Assembly (NCBI RefSeq): GCF_009914755.1
Contig: NC_060942.1
Length of the DNA stretch: 64,000 nucleotides
Direction: 5' to 3' (one strand)
From: the human T2T-CHM13v2.0 reference genome, Homo sapiens
Made by a program: the position numbers and the translations under genes
Shown here: piece by piece, positions 25,990 to 40,170 of the stretch
Numbering within the stretch: the stretch's first letter is position 1
Layout: the number at the start of each line of letters is the position of its first letter
The notes under the pieces: generated by a model
The model's database searches: none
The model's input: the letters and a program-made list of their open reading frames with translations, nothing else
Told to the model about the DNA's origin: nothing

Positions 25990-26940
25990 CTGTAAATACA
26001 GGATCACGTGCTCCAGCATTTTGTCAGCGCTCCAGCGCCTGATTCATTCCCAATAGCACAATCTACTGGATATTATACCGGGACTGTTAGGAACAGCCGG
26101 TGCATGTTTCCATCACTCAGAATGGCTACCTTTTTAAACACAAGCATGTAAATGAAATATTTTCCCCAGTCAAGCCAACCCCGGGCCTGGTACCAAGCAA
26201 ACACGGGTGCACTGCGGTCTTCGTGCAAATCGGAGTTGACGCCAACGCTGGGTATCAATCTCTTCCGGTCCAGCACTGACACGAGAACTTTAATACCAAT
26301 GAGGAGTCGGACCAGCCACCAGCATCGGCATTAAAAGAAAAAGAAATCCAATGGGAAACCGATTTTCCTTCAACAGCTGCTCGCCGGTGTTTAATTTCTA
26401 CCCTGGAAGTCCACTTTTCAGAGATTATCTAATAATTGTGGCTGAGTATGGGCTAGGTAATAATATATCAATAATAGTTCCCCTTCTCCTCCAATCTTGC
26501 AGCCAGTAGTCGCGGAGATCACTAAGATATTTCACAACACTTTCGAGAGCGCCTAGACTTTTAGGGGGTTCATGGGCAGTGTCGGAAGATATTCTTCCCC
26601 AAATGACACAGAGCGGGCCCCTCGGCTTCCAGCCAATCCACTCATCTCGGCGCCACCCGGGGAAATCTTGGAGCTGTTCTCCGAATTCCTCATTCGTTTC
26701 CAGGATGGCCGTCTCTGACATTAGTGGCATTAGCATTAAATCAGAGCCTGGATGCTAAATCACACCCTGAGAGGGAACAAAAACCCTCGTGGCTGGGATG
26801 GAATAGCTTCATGGGCTCCGAGGCAGCATGCACAGCAGCGCCCAGAGCAGCTGCAAGGATGGTAGGTAGTTAATAAACTAAACGTGTGATGCCGGCCTTG
26901 GTAAGAGGCATTTGGAGCCAGCCGGGTGCGTGCATAGAGG
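25990..26940. promoter_or_regulatory. CpG-retaining unique sequence, candidate enhancer or orphan weak CpG island
   Basis: About 39 CpGs in ~950 bp by hand count, no recognisable repeat, several TAAT/ATTA cores. Confidence 0.45.
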
Positions 26941-27841
26941 AGGGGGTATACAGATACTTAAAAGCTACTGACATGTACTCACAACCTAACCCATTTCCTC
27001 CTGCACCCCAGCTCTGTCTCTAGTTCACTGAACGGCATCTTATAGCTCCGACAGGTGCACACGTGATCCTGACATAAAATCAAGGGACGTTTTGTCTGAT
27101 CAGCCTCCTATGTCCCCTCTTAATATAAGAGCAAAGGCACCCCCAAGAGCAGAGATTTAAGGAGAGATATTTCAACAAGGGAAAAGGGAAGCCTTCCCAG
27201 CTGAGGGTGACACTTGAGGCCCATCACCGAGCAGGGGGGCTCTGGAAGATGCTAGAAAGTAAACGTGATGAAGATAATAGAATGATATTCTTGAATGTGG
27301 GATGAGAGAGAACTAACTCACGCCTTCTCTATCATATGAATTGCCTTGTCCACATGCACATGCATACACACGAGTGCACGTGTGTGGGATTGAGGGTGAT
27401 GTTCTCGTGGGAACAAGGGAGGCCTTCCTCTTTAAGACTTTCTGTCTTGGTCGTTGTTCCTTCTCAAAAGCCCCGGTGACTCTCATCTCCTGGTTATCAG
27501 AGGTGGCATCTGACATGGGACGCAGAGTGTGTGACTGCAAGGCACCTTGTAGTTGCGGACTCAGTTCATACCCTGTGAGTCCTTGGACGCTCCAGAGTTA
27601 TTACCGGATTGTAAATCCAGGGTTTTCACATATATAAAGCTGAAACCAGAATGTGGTTTCAGAAAAATCACACTGATGCAACTGTTTGGAAACAGCCTCA
27701 TTTCCTGAGGCGTCCTCTGAGGTGGCTTCCCCGAGCCTGCGGGCAGGGCGTGCAGCCCCCTCAGAGGACCTGCTGGCCTAGTAGCCGGGAGGAAACAGCG
27801 GCCGAGAGCACACCCAACTGTTTTCTAAACTCAGTTACCAC

Positions 27842-28303
27842 CTGCAGGGTAGGGTGCAGGCCCCCAAAGGGATGTGTCCACGTCCCAACCCCCAGAACTT
27901 ATAAATGTGCAAAGAAGGACCTTATTTAGAAAAAGTCTCTCTGCAGGTGTAATTAAGTTAAGGATCTTAAGATGTGGTCATCCTGGACTATCTGATCAGG
28001 ACCTAAATCAATGATGAGTGTCCTTGAAAAGAAAGGTGGAGTAAGGTTTGGGACAGAGAAGAGAAAGCTATACAGAGACAGAGGGAGAGATGGGAGTGAG
28101 GTTGCCACAAGCCAAGGAACACTTGGAGCCACCAGAAGCGGGAGAGGCAAGGAAGGACACTCCCCTAGAGCCCCCATGAGAAGCAGGGTCCTGCAGAAAC
28201 CTTGATATCAGACTTCTGTCCTTCAGAACTCTGAGAGGATGAATTTATGTTGTCATCAGCCACCGGGTTGTGGTAATGTTGCAGAAGCGTAGGAAACTAA
28301 TAC
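27842..28303 (+). mobile_element. MLT1C-type solo LTR
   Basis: GCAGGTGTAATTAAGTTAAGGATCTTAAGATG...GGAAACTAATAC. Confidence 0.85.
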
Positions 28304-28547
28304 CCTACCACAGAAAGGGAGAAAGCTCACTTTATCCTAGGCAATAACTTTTATCCAGAAAAATTCTCCTTCAATAGATATAACTAAGATTTCACCTGTA
28401 AAAAACAAAACAACAACAACAACAAAATGTAGATTTATTTATGCCACCTTCTCATGAAACAAACAACCCTCAAATAGACACGTTAACATCTGTTTAGAAT
28501 TTGCAACCAGAAAGCACAGGTCATACCAGGAACACACTGCCACTTAC

Positions 28548-28882
28548 TGCTATGGTCTGAATTTTTGTGTAGCCCCCAAATTCATATGTTGAAATAGTCA
28601 CTCCCAGTGATTAGATTATGGAGATGGACCCATCATGAACGGAATTCGTGCCTTTATGTAAGAAGTCCCAGAACCCTCATCGGTAACCCTTCCTTCCACC
28701 ATGTGAGAAGATGGCCATATATGAACCAGGAAACAGCCCTCACCAAACACTGAAGCTGCTGGTGCCTTGATCTGGGACCTCCCAGCTTCCAGAACTGTGA
28801 GAAAGACATTTTTGCTGGTTATAAGGTTATAAGTCACCCAGTTTATGATAGTTTGTTATCACATCCCAATCAACACTAAGAC
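28548..28882 (+). mobile_element. MLT1A-type solo LTR
   Basis: TGCTATGGTCTGAAT...CCCCCAAATTCATATGTTGAAA...CTAAGACA. Confidence 0.85.
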
Positions 28883-29299
28883 ACTCACTAACGTACACTT
28901 AACTTAGGTTTCCAAATGGAAATCTTAATTTCCCATTTTAAAATATCTATGTTTCTATTATTTTGCAGTTTTCTCTAAATACACAAAATGACCAGTGCTG
29001 TATATTTGCAATGATAAAAGTATTCAGATGCTAAGCCCAAACGAAAACTCTGGGTCAGAAGTGAATTTTTGCTGGCTCCTTAAAAGTAGAATGGCCATGA
29101 GGAAGGAGAAATGACCAGTTTTTGAAGCTTGGGTACACTGAGAAATCAAACAAAAATGATACGATTTTTATATACTCCCTCATGATACTGAGCGAGTGTT
29201 CAGTGGAAAGCGAAGGGAGTGCCCCGTGTTTTGCCTGTGTGTCTTTTCTAGCGTGGGTCCTGGAACCAACAATAGGAATGCTCCACAGAAGCAGAGGAG

Positions 29300-29520
29300 T
29301 TGAGTGGTCCAAGTACCAGATCTGGAGCTCTCAATCTGTAGCCGCAGGACCAACAGGCTGTTTAACTTCTCTCTGCCTTGATAGCCTCATATTTAAAATG
29401 GGGTGAATGAGAGCAACTAATTTAGAACATAACTGTGAAGATTAAATGAGACATTATATGCCAATCCCTTAAGACAGTGTCCCAAACAAAGTAGTGCTCA
29501 ATGAAAGTTAGCTGTTACTC
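29300..29520 (+). mobile_element. MIR
   Basis: CTCATATTTAAAATGGGGTGAATG...GTGAAGATTAAATGAGA...GTGCTCAATGAAAGTTAGC. Confidence 0.75.
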
Positions 29521-29784
29521 TGAACCTTCAATAGATGCAGGATCTGATGACACTTTGCAATGTTGGTTCAAAAGCCTTGGAAATTCTTGAGGAAAGTAAG
29601 ATTCACACACTCCCCCGGGGCAGAGAGAACCTAAGTTCTAGGATTGCTAAATTTCACTCAACAATCTTCGGACAGCACCCTGATTTCCAATGTTTTGTTA
29701 GTATGGGATTGTGTTTGTTTCATATTTATGATATTTTACATTTTGTGAATTTCTCTTTGAATTTCATTCAAATATTTGTTACTG

Positions 29785-30850
29785 TTTCTTAATTAAAGTG
29801 AAATGTTTATAACATGAAATTAACCATTTCAAAGTGGACCATTCAGTGGCACTTAGTACCTTCACAGTGTACTGCAACTACCTCCTCTATCTAGTTCCAA
29901 AATATTTTTCATCACCCTAAAAGGAGGTCTCATACCCATGTATAAGTTAATTGCCAATCACCCTGCCTACAAATCCCTCAAAATCACTAATCTGTTTTCT
30001 GTCTCTGTGTCTCTACTTTTCTATTCTGAATATTTCACATACATGCAATCATACAATAGACGACATTTTATGTCTGGATTTTTCCACTTAGTATAAGATT
30101 GTTGAGGTTCATCCAAGTTTTAGCCTGTATGAGTATATCACTCCAAAATCCTTTTTAGGGCTGAATAAAGTTCCGTTCTATGGATATACGGCAATTTCTT
30201 TATCCATCAACTCTTGATCAACATTTGGGCTATTTCCACCTTTATGCCATTGTGAATGGTGCTGCTATGAATATGCATGTACATGAAGATGTTTGAGTCC
30301 CTATTTTCAATTCTTCACCATATATACCTAGGAGTGGAATTACTGGTTTGTATGGTAATTCTACGTTTAACTTGTTGAGGATGCCAAACTTATAATTCTG
30401 TTCATTTGTTGCAGATCTTCACAGTGGCTGTACCATTTTACATTCCCACCAGCAATGTATAAGGATTCCGGTTCTTCCACATTCTTTCCATTGCTTGTTA
30501 TTTTCTCTTTTGTTTTTTTGGTTGGTGGATTGGTTGGTAGGTTGGTTGGTTAATTATAGCCATCCTATATGGGTGTGAAGTGCTATTTCACTGTGGCTTT
30601 CTTTGACTTGCATTTTCTTATTGACTAATGAATGATGTTGAGCATCTCTTCATGTGTCTGTTATCCACTTGCATATCTTCTTTGAAGAAATGTCTATTCA
30701 AGCTCTTTGCCTATTTTTAAGTGGGCTGTCTTTTTGTGGTGGAGTTGTAAGAATTCTTTATGTATGCAACATACAAATCCCTTATCAGACATGTGATTTG
30801 CAAATATTCTATCCCATTACATAGGTTCCTTTTTATTTTTTTTTTGATTC
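29785..30850 (-). mobile_element. L1MB-type 3' fragment
   Basis: AACATGAAATTAACCATTTCAAAGTG...TATATACCTAGGAGTGGAATT...CATTCCCACCAGCAATGTAT. Confidence 0.88.
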
Positions 30851-31029
30851 ATTGAAATTTTATTTTTTATGTTGTGCTTAATTTCCTGCTTCCCTGATAA
30901 ACACAGCAGCTTTGGGTGGGGTCTCTTAGTCTTTTGCCCAAGTGGACATCATAGGCCCCCAACTCCTTCACTCACAGGAAAGTGAAGAATTGGGTGAAAG
31001 AGAAATTATGAGGAAAGTAGTTTCATAAG

Positions 31030-31215
31030 TTTAGAACAGCGACTTCATTATGGACCCTGGGATGTAAATTCTAGCTCCATGTCTCAGTAGCTGTGAGACC
31101 GTGGGCTAACTCTTGGGCCTGCTAATCCTATTTCCTCTTCTGAATGGTGGGGACAGTGACAGTGCGTGCCTCCTAGGGCTGCTGTGAGGTTCATGCAGAT
31201 GATCCCTTTAACTAA
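31030..31215 (+). mobile_element. MIR
   Basis: TAGCTGTGAGACCGTGGGC...TTTCCTCTTCTGAATGGTGGGGAC...CCTCCTAGGGCTGCTGTGAGG. Confidence 0.7.
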
Positions 31216-31296
31216 AATAATGAAAACAATATTAGCTATTCATAATATTTTTGGTGAAGAAATATTTTCAAAATAGGCACAAGTTAGCATATTTGC

Positions 31297-31695
31297 TTTT
31301 TTATTTCCATTTTTTATTATACTTCAAGTTCTGGGATACATGTGCAGAACGTGCAGGTTTGTTACATAGGTATACATGTGCCATGATGATTTGCTGCACC
31401 CATCAACCCGTCATCTACAGTAGGTATTTATCCTAATGCTATCCCTCCCCTTTCCCCCAACCCCCAGTATGTGATGTTCCCCTCCATGTGCCCATATGTT
31501 CTCATTGTTCAACTCCCACTTATGAGTAAGAACATGTGGTGTTTGTTTTTCTGTTCCTGAGTTAGTTTGCTGGGAATGATGGTTTCCAGCTTCAACCATG
31601 TCCCTGCAAAGGACATGAACTCATTCTTTTTTATGGTTGCATAGTATTCCAAATGCCCATCAATGTTAGACTGGATAAAGAAAATGTGGCACATA
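31297..31695 (-). mobile_element. L1PA7/8-type 3' end with inverted 5' segment
   Basis: Antisense 3' UTR to 31650, then sense-orientation L1 sequence at 31651-31695. Confidence 0.93.
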
Positions 31696-32741
31696 TTTTT
31701 TATGTAGCCTCTTCAGCAATAGGTCTAAAGCACAGTCTCTATGTCAGAATGGCTATTTCTTTAATTTCAACATATCAGCACTTACTTCTTTTTTTCTTTC
31801 CAAAGCTACTTCCTTTCCAGGAAAAAAACTCCTCCCCAGGTTCCATTCCTTTTAGCACTACAGTGAGCATAGTGTGAACAGCGACAGCCATTCTTGAAGC
31901 CTCAGCTGTAGCCAATTGGAATGGGGTAGCTAAACCACCACAGCCCCAATACCTAATGAGCTTTCTCTGTGCCTATTAGAGGGTTGGAAGGAAAATAGAT
32001 CATCATAATCATAATCAATTAATCAAAAACTTTAATAAACTATGAAATGGTATTTCCTGAGTACCTCTTGTGTTTTTATAATCCTAAGAAGAAAAAAAAA
32101 AAAGAGGTACAGAACTCAGACCAGCAATAAAACAAGTAATCCACAGTAAAGTATCAAGTATCAAGTATAAAAACCCTTTCAAAGATAGAAAAACTAAACT
32201 TTGCTGAACAGGAAATTAGAGAATTCCGTATAGTAAGGTGTCAATTGCAAGGCATCCACGAATAGTTAAAGGTGGAAGAAGAGAGAGCAGAGGCTGGTGT
32301 CCCGATGAAAAATGCAACACAGTGGCTGAACTTCAGCATCCGTGTGTTACCAGGCATTTGCGGGTGCAGCTCAGTGATAGTCAGCCGAGACCCTGACAAC
32401 ATAAGCGACAGAGGATCTACCTACTCAGTGGAGAGCTCACTCCTTTCTTTCTTTATTTCTTTCCAAAGCTGCTTGCTTTCCAGCAAAAACTCCTTCTCCA
32501 GGCTCCCCTCTTTTTAGCACTACAGTGAGAGTAATACAAACAGTGGCTGCATCTGGGTCAAACATGAGTACGGTGGATTCGAGGCTTTTCAAAAATGTCC
32601 ACCAAAGTGCCCCAAATAGCAGAGGAATAAGATGCAGCCAAGCAGATAGCAGGGGCATATCCCAAAACAGTCCTACAGAAGACCAAAGTTTCCTGAACAT
32701 TTTTGGCCCCTCTCAGAAGGTTGTCCAAGATCTGTGTTTGA

Positions 32742-33890
<1,149 letters not shown>

Positions 33891-33929
33891 CCAGCATTTG
33901 CGTGATCTTATAGGTCAATCTTCCTCCCA

Positions 33930-34610
33930 GATCATGGGAGAAGCCTCTGAACTTGCTCCTGTTCCCATCCTCATCCCTTCCCAGTCCTGCACTGCAGCAA
34001 GAGTAACCCTATTAGGGCCTAAGGAAGGTGAAGGCAGACTCCTTCTTTGCTCAGAACCTGCAAGGCCTCCCATTTTGCTCATTTGGAACACAAGCAAAGT
34101 CTTCCCGCGGGCAGCAGGCTTACCTGTCTGCCCTCCCCTCTCACCGCTTTGACTCTGCTTTCTCCCAGCCCTCACTCCACCCCCACCACACCCAGCTGCT
34201 CAGGCTTCCTGCAGCGCCTGGAATCTGCCAGGCGGTCTCCTCCCACAGGACACTTGTCCTGCCTTCCCCTTGGTCTAGGCTGAGATAAGCACATGACTAA
34301 CTCCTCAATGTCCTCCAATCATCGCTGCTGTGATCATGCTGTTTTTAAAATGCAAACCACACTCACTCACCTCCCAGTAGCTTCATCCTCCTATCATCTT
34401 CCTCTACCCCTTCCACAGGCTTAGCACTTCTTCGTGAACATAATTTACTGATTTATACTATTATGGTTAATTATCTATCTCCTCCTCCTAGAATCAAAAT
34501 CCCATACATTTTTATTTCTAGTCTGTTTGTTTTGTTGATGTAATCAAGGTTAAAGCACAGTGCCTGGCACAGGGTGGGTGCCCAGCAAATATGTGTTCAA
34601 TAAAATATGT
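33930..34610 (+). mobile_element. L2 3' end
   Basis: Ends AGCACAGTGCCTGGCACAGGG...CAAATATGTGTTCAATAAA. Confidence 0.7.
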
Positions 34611-35276
34611 GTCAAATACTATTTCTGCAGTAGGACAGTGACTCTGACAAACCCTCCAAAAATGTGTGATGATTGAATGAAAATATAATTTAGCAAACAA
34701 AAACTTACATGCTACCACCTTTATAAAATGGATCTGATACATGGAACAAGATGATTTTCCAATACAGTCACAAATTCCATGCAGTGTAAAATAAGTACAG
34801 ATTACTTATTTTAAATAAGTACATAAAATATAAAACTTAAAATGTACTTAAAATATAACATGTACTTAAAATGTAAAACTTGATCAGAATTATTGTGAAA
34901 AATATTGCTGCATGGACAATGCCAAGGACATGTTATAAAACTATTGTTCCTTATGACTCTATGAATATTGCTTCTAGGTCTCAATCTCCTTTCTATCCAA
35001 AAGAGAAAAAAAGATGATTTGTGTGAACAGCACTCCAGGTCACCTCCTCGAGGGCCCTCTCTTCATCCTCCTGACCTATGTGCGTATTAGCCCACAAACA
35101 TGGGTAAACCCTTTCATTTACTTTATCTGCTTGCATTCCCATCTGCCTAGATTTTCTGGGAGAAAGTCCTAAACTAGGAGCACTGGCTGCACAAAATAAT
35201 ATATTTTCTAGTCCCAACTACTATCTTTGTAGTCACCCCAATGAAAAACACATATTCCTTTTATTCCATTCAACAC

Positions 35277-35918
35277 TGAAGCTGCGTCATTGTCTCAGGT
35301 CAATACCCGAGGTTCATTGTCTCACGCCAAGGAAGTCGAGGACGTGGACACACAGGAAGTGAGTTTAAGAGCGGAGGTTTCATAGGCGAGAGAAAAAAGA
35401 AGACAAAAGCTCTCTCTCCTACAAAGAGACGGGGCTCCCAAGTGGGTCTTCAGGTTCCCTGGTGAAATGCAAGGGGTTTTATAGATGAGCTTGAGGAGCT
35501 GGTATCTGATTACATAGGGCATGAGAGATCGGTTGGACCAGGCGTACCATTTGCATAGCGTGCAAAGAAGCCGGCCGTCCCGCCCTCACCTTTTATTATG
35601 CAAACGGGTTCTCTACCTGGCTGGTGCCATGGTGCCTGCTTCTTTACTGCACACATGATTGACAAAGAAAAGGAAAATGAAGCCTCCATGTTGAACACGG
35701 CTGGCCCTCAGGTAGCCGTTTCCTATTGGCACAGCTACCAGCATTCACCTGTTCAAGCTTCTAGCTTGCTTATCTCTGTCTGTAGCTCGATTTCACAGGC
35801 TGCTCTTTGTTAGAAAAGAAATGATTTGGGGGCTGCTTTTTGATAAAAGGGAGGCCTTACCGAAGACTCTGTTACCTTCACTATTTGCCTAAATAATTTT
35901 AGTCTAGCTCCTACATCA
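35277..35918 (-). mobile_element. ERV1 solo LTR, LTR9-like
   Basis: TG...CA termini, 4-bp TSD ACAC (35273-35276, 35919-35922); minus strand contains AAAAGCAGCCCCCAAATCATTTCTTTTCTAACAAAGAGCAGCCTG. Subfamily from recall. Confidence 0.8.
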
Positions 35919-36137
35919 ACACCATTTCCAACCTCCTCTCGCTCCTTCCACACTCACATCCTGGTCCCCAATTGCTGATTCCCTGCCTTCAATTTTGCTT
36001 TTTCAAGAAGATCCAGACCAGCCTTTGCACAGATGTTGTTCTGTGTGTCTTCACTCCACCTTTGGTACCACTTTTCCATTTCTTGTTTTTCAACTTTTCC
36101 ATTGCTGTATAACCTTCATCTAGCAAATTATTATTAA

Positions 36138-36303
36138 TTTTTCCTTTTTTGTTTTGAGACAGGGTCTCACTCTGTCATGCAGGCTAGAGTGCAGTGGTGG
36201 CATCATAGCTCACTGCAACCTTGAACTCCTGTGCTCAAGCAATCCTCCTGCCTCAGCTTCCCGAGTAGCTGAGAATACAGGCACATGCCTCCACACCCAC
36301 CTA
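36138..36303 (-). mobile_element. FRAM / AluJ right monomer with TSD
   Basis: GAGACAGGGTCTCACTCTG...CTCAAGCAATCCTCC. AGCAAATTATTA at 36122 and 36307. Confidence 0.88.
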
Positions 36304-36815
36304 CAGAGCAAATTATTAAAATCCAAATCTTCTATTTGCTTCCTAATTTATGTATTTTAAAGTTATTATTTTAGTTATTATTTAGTTAAAATAATAACTT
36401 ATAAAGTTATTATTTTAGATCCTAGACATCTAAAGATTACAAAAGGCACTCCTGACTTACCACAATCCACTGTAAACCAATTAACTTACCACTACTGAAA
36501 CATGACAAGCCCCTTAAAATTGTCCAGTGTCTTTTCTCTTCTTTTGCCCTTTGCACTATTTTGATATACTACTATATTCTACATAGTATATATATGCACG
36601 TGTGTGTATTATAAACTACATAAGATAGTATTTTTGTTGTTGTTTTAGAAAACCAATATATTTATCCTTTTCAGTAGAGTCCTTCCTTCCTGCAGTGTTA
36701 TCCTATCTGGAGTCATTTTCTTTTTAAAAAAGTCTTTTTAAAAATATCTATTATTTATTTATTTATAACTGTCAAACACTAATTATGTATAATTTTGGAG
36801 TACAATGTGATGTTT

Positions 36816-36940
36816 TGATCTATATCTATATCTATGTATCTATATATACACATATATGTACACACATATATATGTGTATATGTACACATATATGTACACA
36901 TATATATGTGTATATATACACATATATATGTGTGTGTGTG

Positions 36941-36955
<15 letters not shown>
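36816..36955. repeat. (TA)n/(TACACATATA)n microsatellite at Alu tail
   Basis: Direct reading. Confidence 0.92.
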
Positions 36956-37252
<297 letters not shown>

Positions 37253-38759
37253 GATCTGTGTATATATTATAGAAAGATTCAATTGAGCTAATTAACATAC
37301 CTATAACCTCCACCAATTTATTATTCTCTTTTGTGCTGAGAAAATTAATAATCTATTCTTTCATGAATTTTGAATGACACAGTACATTATTATTAACTGC
37401 GGTCACCATGCACTGCAACAGATCACTAAAAACTTATTCCTTCAGTCTGACTGAGACTTTTCCCCCTGGATCAACAACTTCCTGTTCCCCACTCCCGCCC
37501 CTCCTCCAGCCTCTGGCAACCACAATTCTACTCTCTGTTTCTATAAGATCGACTTTTAAAATTCGACATATAAGTGAGGTCATACAGCATTTGTCTTTTT
37601 GTTTGTGGCTTATCTCATTTAGCGTATGTCCTTCAGTTCCATCCACAGTGCCACCAATGACTGAATTTCCCACTTTTTTAGGCCTGCATAGTATTCTGTT
37701 GTGTATATACACCATTTTCTTTATCCAGTCGTCCACTGACAGACCCTTAGGTTGCTTCCATATTTTATTTATTGTGAATAATGCTGAAATGAACATACAA
37801 ATGCAGATATCTCTTCAACATAATGATTTTAATTTCTTTGGCTAAATACTCAGAATTGGGATTGCTGAATCTTATAGTAATTCTATTTTTAGTTTTCTGA
37901 GGGACCTTCATACAGTTTTCCAAAATGAGTACTAATTTTCATTCCAACCAACAGGGTACAAGATTTCCTTATCTCCACATGCTTCACCAACACTTATCAT
38001 TCATCTTTTTAATAATAGCCATACTAACAGGTGTTTTGTAATATCTCATTATGGTTTTAATTTGCATTTCCCTAATGATTAGAGATGTCAAAGGTTTTTA
38101 ATATATTTGTTGCCTTTCACATCTTTTCTTTAGAGAACTATCTGTTCAGACCCTTTGCCCATCTTTGAAATCAAATTATCTATTTTCTTGCTGAGTTTAT
38201 TGAGTTCCTTACATATTTTGGATATTAACCCCTTACTAGATGTATGGTTTGCAAATATTTTCCATGGATTCTCTCTTCACTCTGTTGATTGCTTCCTTTG
38301 CTATGCAGAAACCTTTTTTGTTTGATATAATCCCACTTGTCTACTTTTGGTTTTGTTGCCTGAGTTTGTGTAGTCACATCTGAGAAATTATTGGCCAGAC
38401 CAGTGTCATGGAGCTTTTTCTCAACATTCTTCTAGTAGCTTTATAGTTCCAGGTCTTATGTTTAAGTCTTTTTATTCATTTTTGAGTTGATTTTTTTATA
38501 TAGTGTGAAATAGGGTCCAATTTTATTCTTCAGCATATGGATATCTAGTTTTCTCAAGACCATTTGTTAAAGAGACTATCCTTTCCCCATTGTGTGTTCT
38601 TGGCACCTCTGGAGAAAATCAATCAACCCTAAATAACTGGGTTTATTTCTAGGCTTTCAATCCTGTTCCATTGGTCAATGTGTCTGTTTTTATGCCAGTA
38701 CTATCTTGTTTTTATTACAATAGCATTGTATGATATTTTGAAACCTAGAGGCTGGAAAC

Positions 38760-40170
38760 TGAAGCTATTTTATTTAGCTTCAAGAACTACCTTTATTATT
38801 TCTTGAAATAACTCACGCTGGCATTGAATTATTTCAACTTTTGTTTAACTGAATTATTTATTTTGCTTTTATTTCTAAAGGATGATTTCTCTGACTATAA
38901 AATTTTATATGTAGTTTTTTCCCCCTTTCACACTTTAAACATGCCATTCTATTGTCTTCTGGCTTTCATAGTTTCTATAAAAAATCAGTTTTAAGTCTTA
39001 TTATTGTTACCTTGTGTCTTCTAACTCTGGCTACTTTTAGTTTCTCTCTCTGTCTCCTCTCTCTTTCTCTCTCTCTCCCCCCCACTTTTTTTTGGAGGGT
39101 GGGTGGGCAGGGCAGTGGTTTAGTACACTGAGTTGGAAGTACCTAGGTGCCCAGGCATGATTTGCTTTATATTTATCAAAACTGAGGTTTTTGAGCTTCT
39201 TAAAATCAGTAAGCTGATGTTGTTTATCAGTTTTGAAAATTTCTCAGCCATGTTATTTTCACATTGTTTCTTTTCCAATATCTCCCATCGTGCCTTCTGG
39301 AACTCCAGTTACACATATGTTCGACCTTTTGACTTTATCCCATGTCTCTTCTAGGTTTTCCATTTTTTTAACTTTTTTTTCTCTTTGCCTTAAGTTTGGA
39401 TTTTTGTTTGTTTGCTTTTCTTCTATCTCATTAACTCTGTATTCTATCAAGTTCAGTATTCTGTTACACTCATCCAATAACTCTCCATTTCAGATATTGT
39501 ATTTTTCAGATCCAGAATATCTATTTGATTATGTTGTATATTCCTAGTGCATGGTACTTATTCCTAAGAAATGGTATTTATTTCTAGAGTGTAACCTTGT
39601 CCTGGGACATGGACTCTGAGCCCTCTACTGATAGACCAGATAACATATCGAGGCTCTTCCTCCAGGTCAGTGCTTGAACTCTAACTACTTTTCCCTCAGA
39701 CCCTCCATGGTTGAAATCTTTGTTCATCTCTTTATCTTGCCAGCTCTTATTTCTTACTAAGTTTCTTGAAAGTTTCTTTGCAAATATGCAGCCTAGAAAT
39801 TGGCCAGTAATTGAGAGAAATGTTCTACGAATGTATGAGTGATTTCTTTGTGATTTCCTTCACCACGGTACTTTTGCCCTCTTAGACCAACTGCTTTAGC
39901 AGGCTTGGATCTGACCTGTGTGTCCTCAGCTAGTACAATTGCCACTGTCTTCTTGGATTCTATTCCTCCTGTGTTTTTCTGAGGTGAGTATGGAAATAAT
40001 TTTGTATATTTCCCTTCTCTGAGAGACGGTAGCCCCTGAAGTCTTATGCACAGCATTTCCCACCACTTCCATCAAACTGTTGCTTTACATAATTTGTCCA
40101 GCTTTTATGGTTGTTTTAGGAGAGAGGGGTGATTATTCTAATTCGAGCTTCTCCATTATGACTGGAACCA
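38760..40170 (-). mobile_element. Ancient L1M ORF1/5' region
   Basis: ORF 39259-39477 translates to LEETWDKVKRSNICVTGVPEG, a typical L1 ORF1p motif. Confidence 0.8.
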
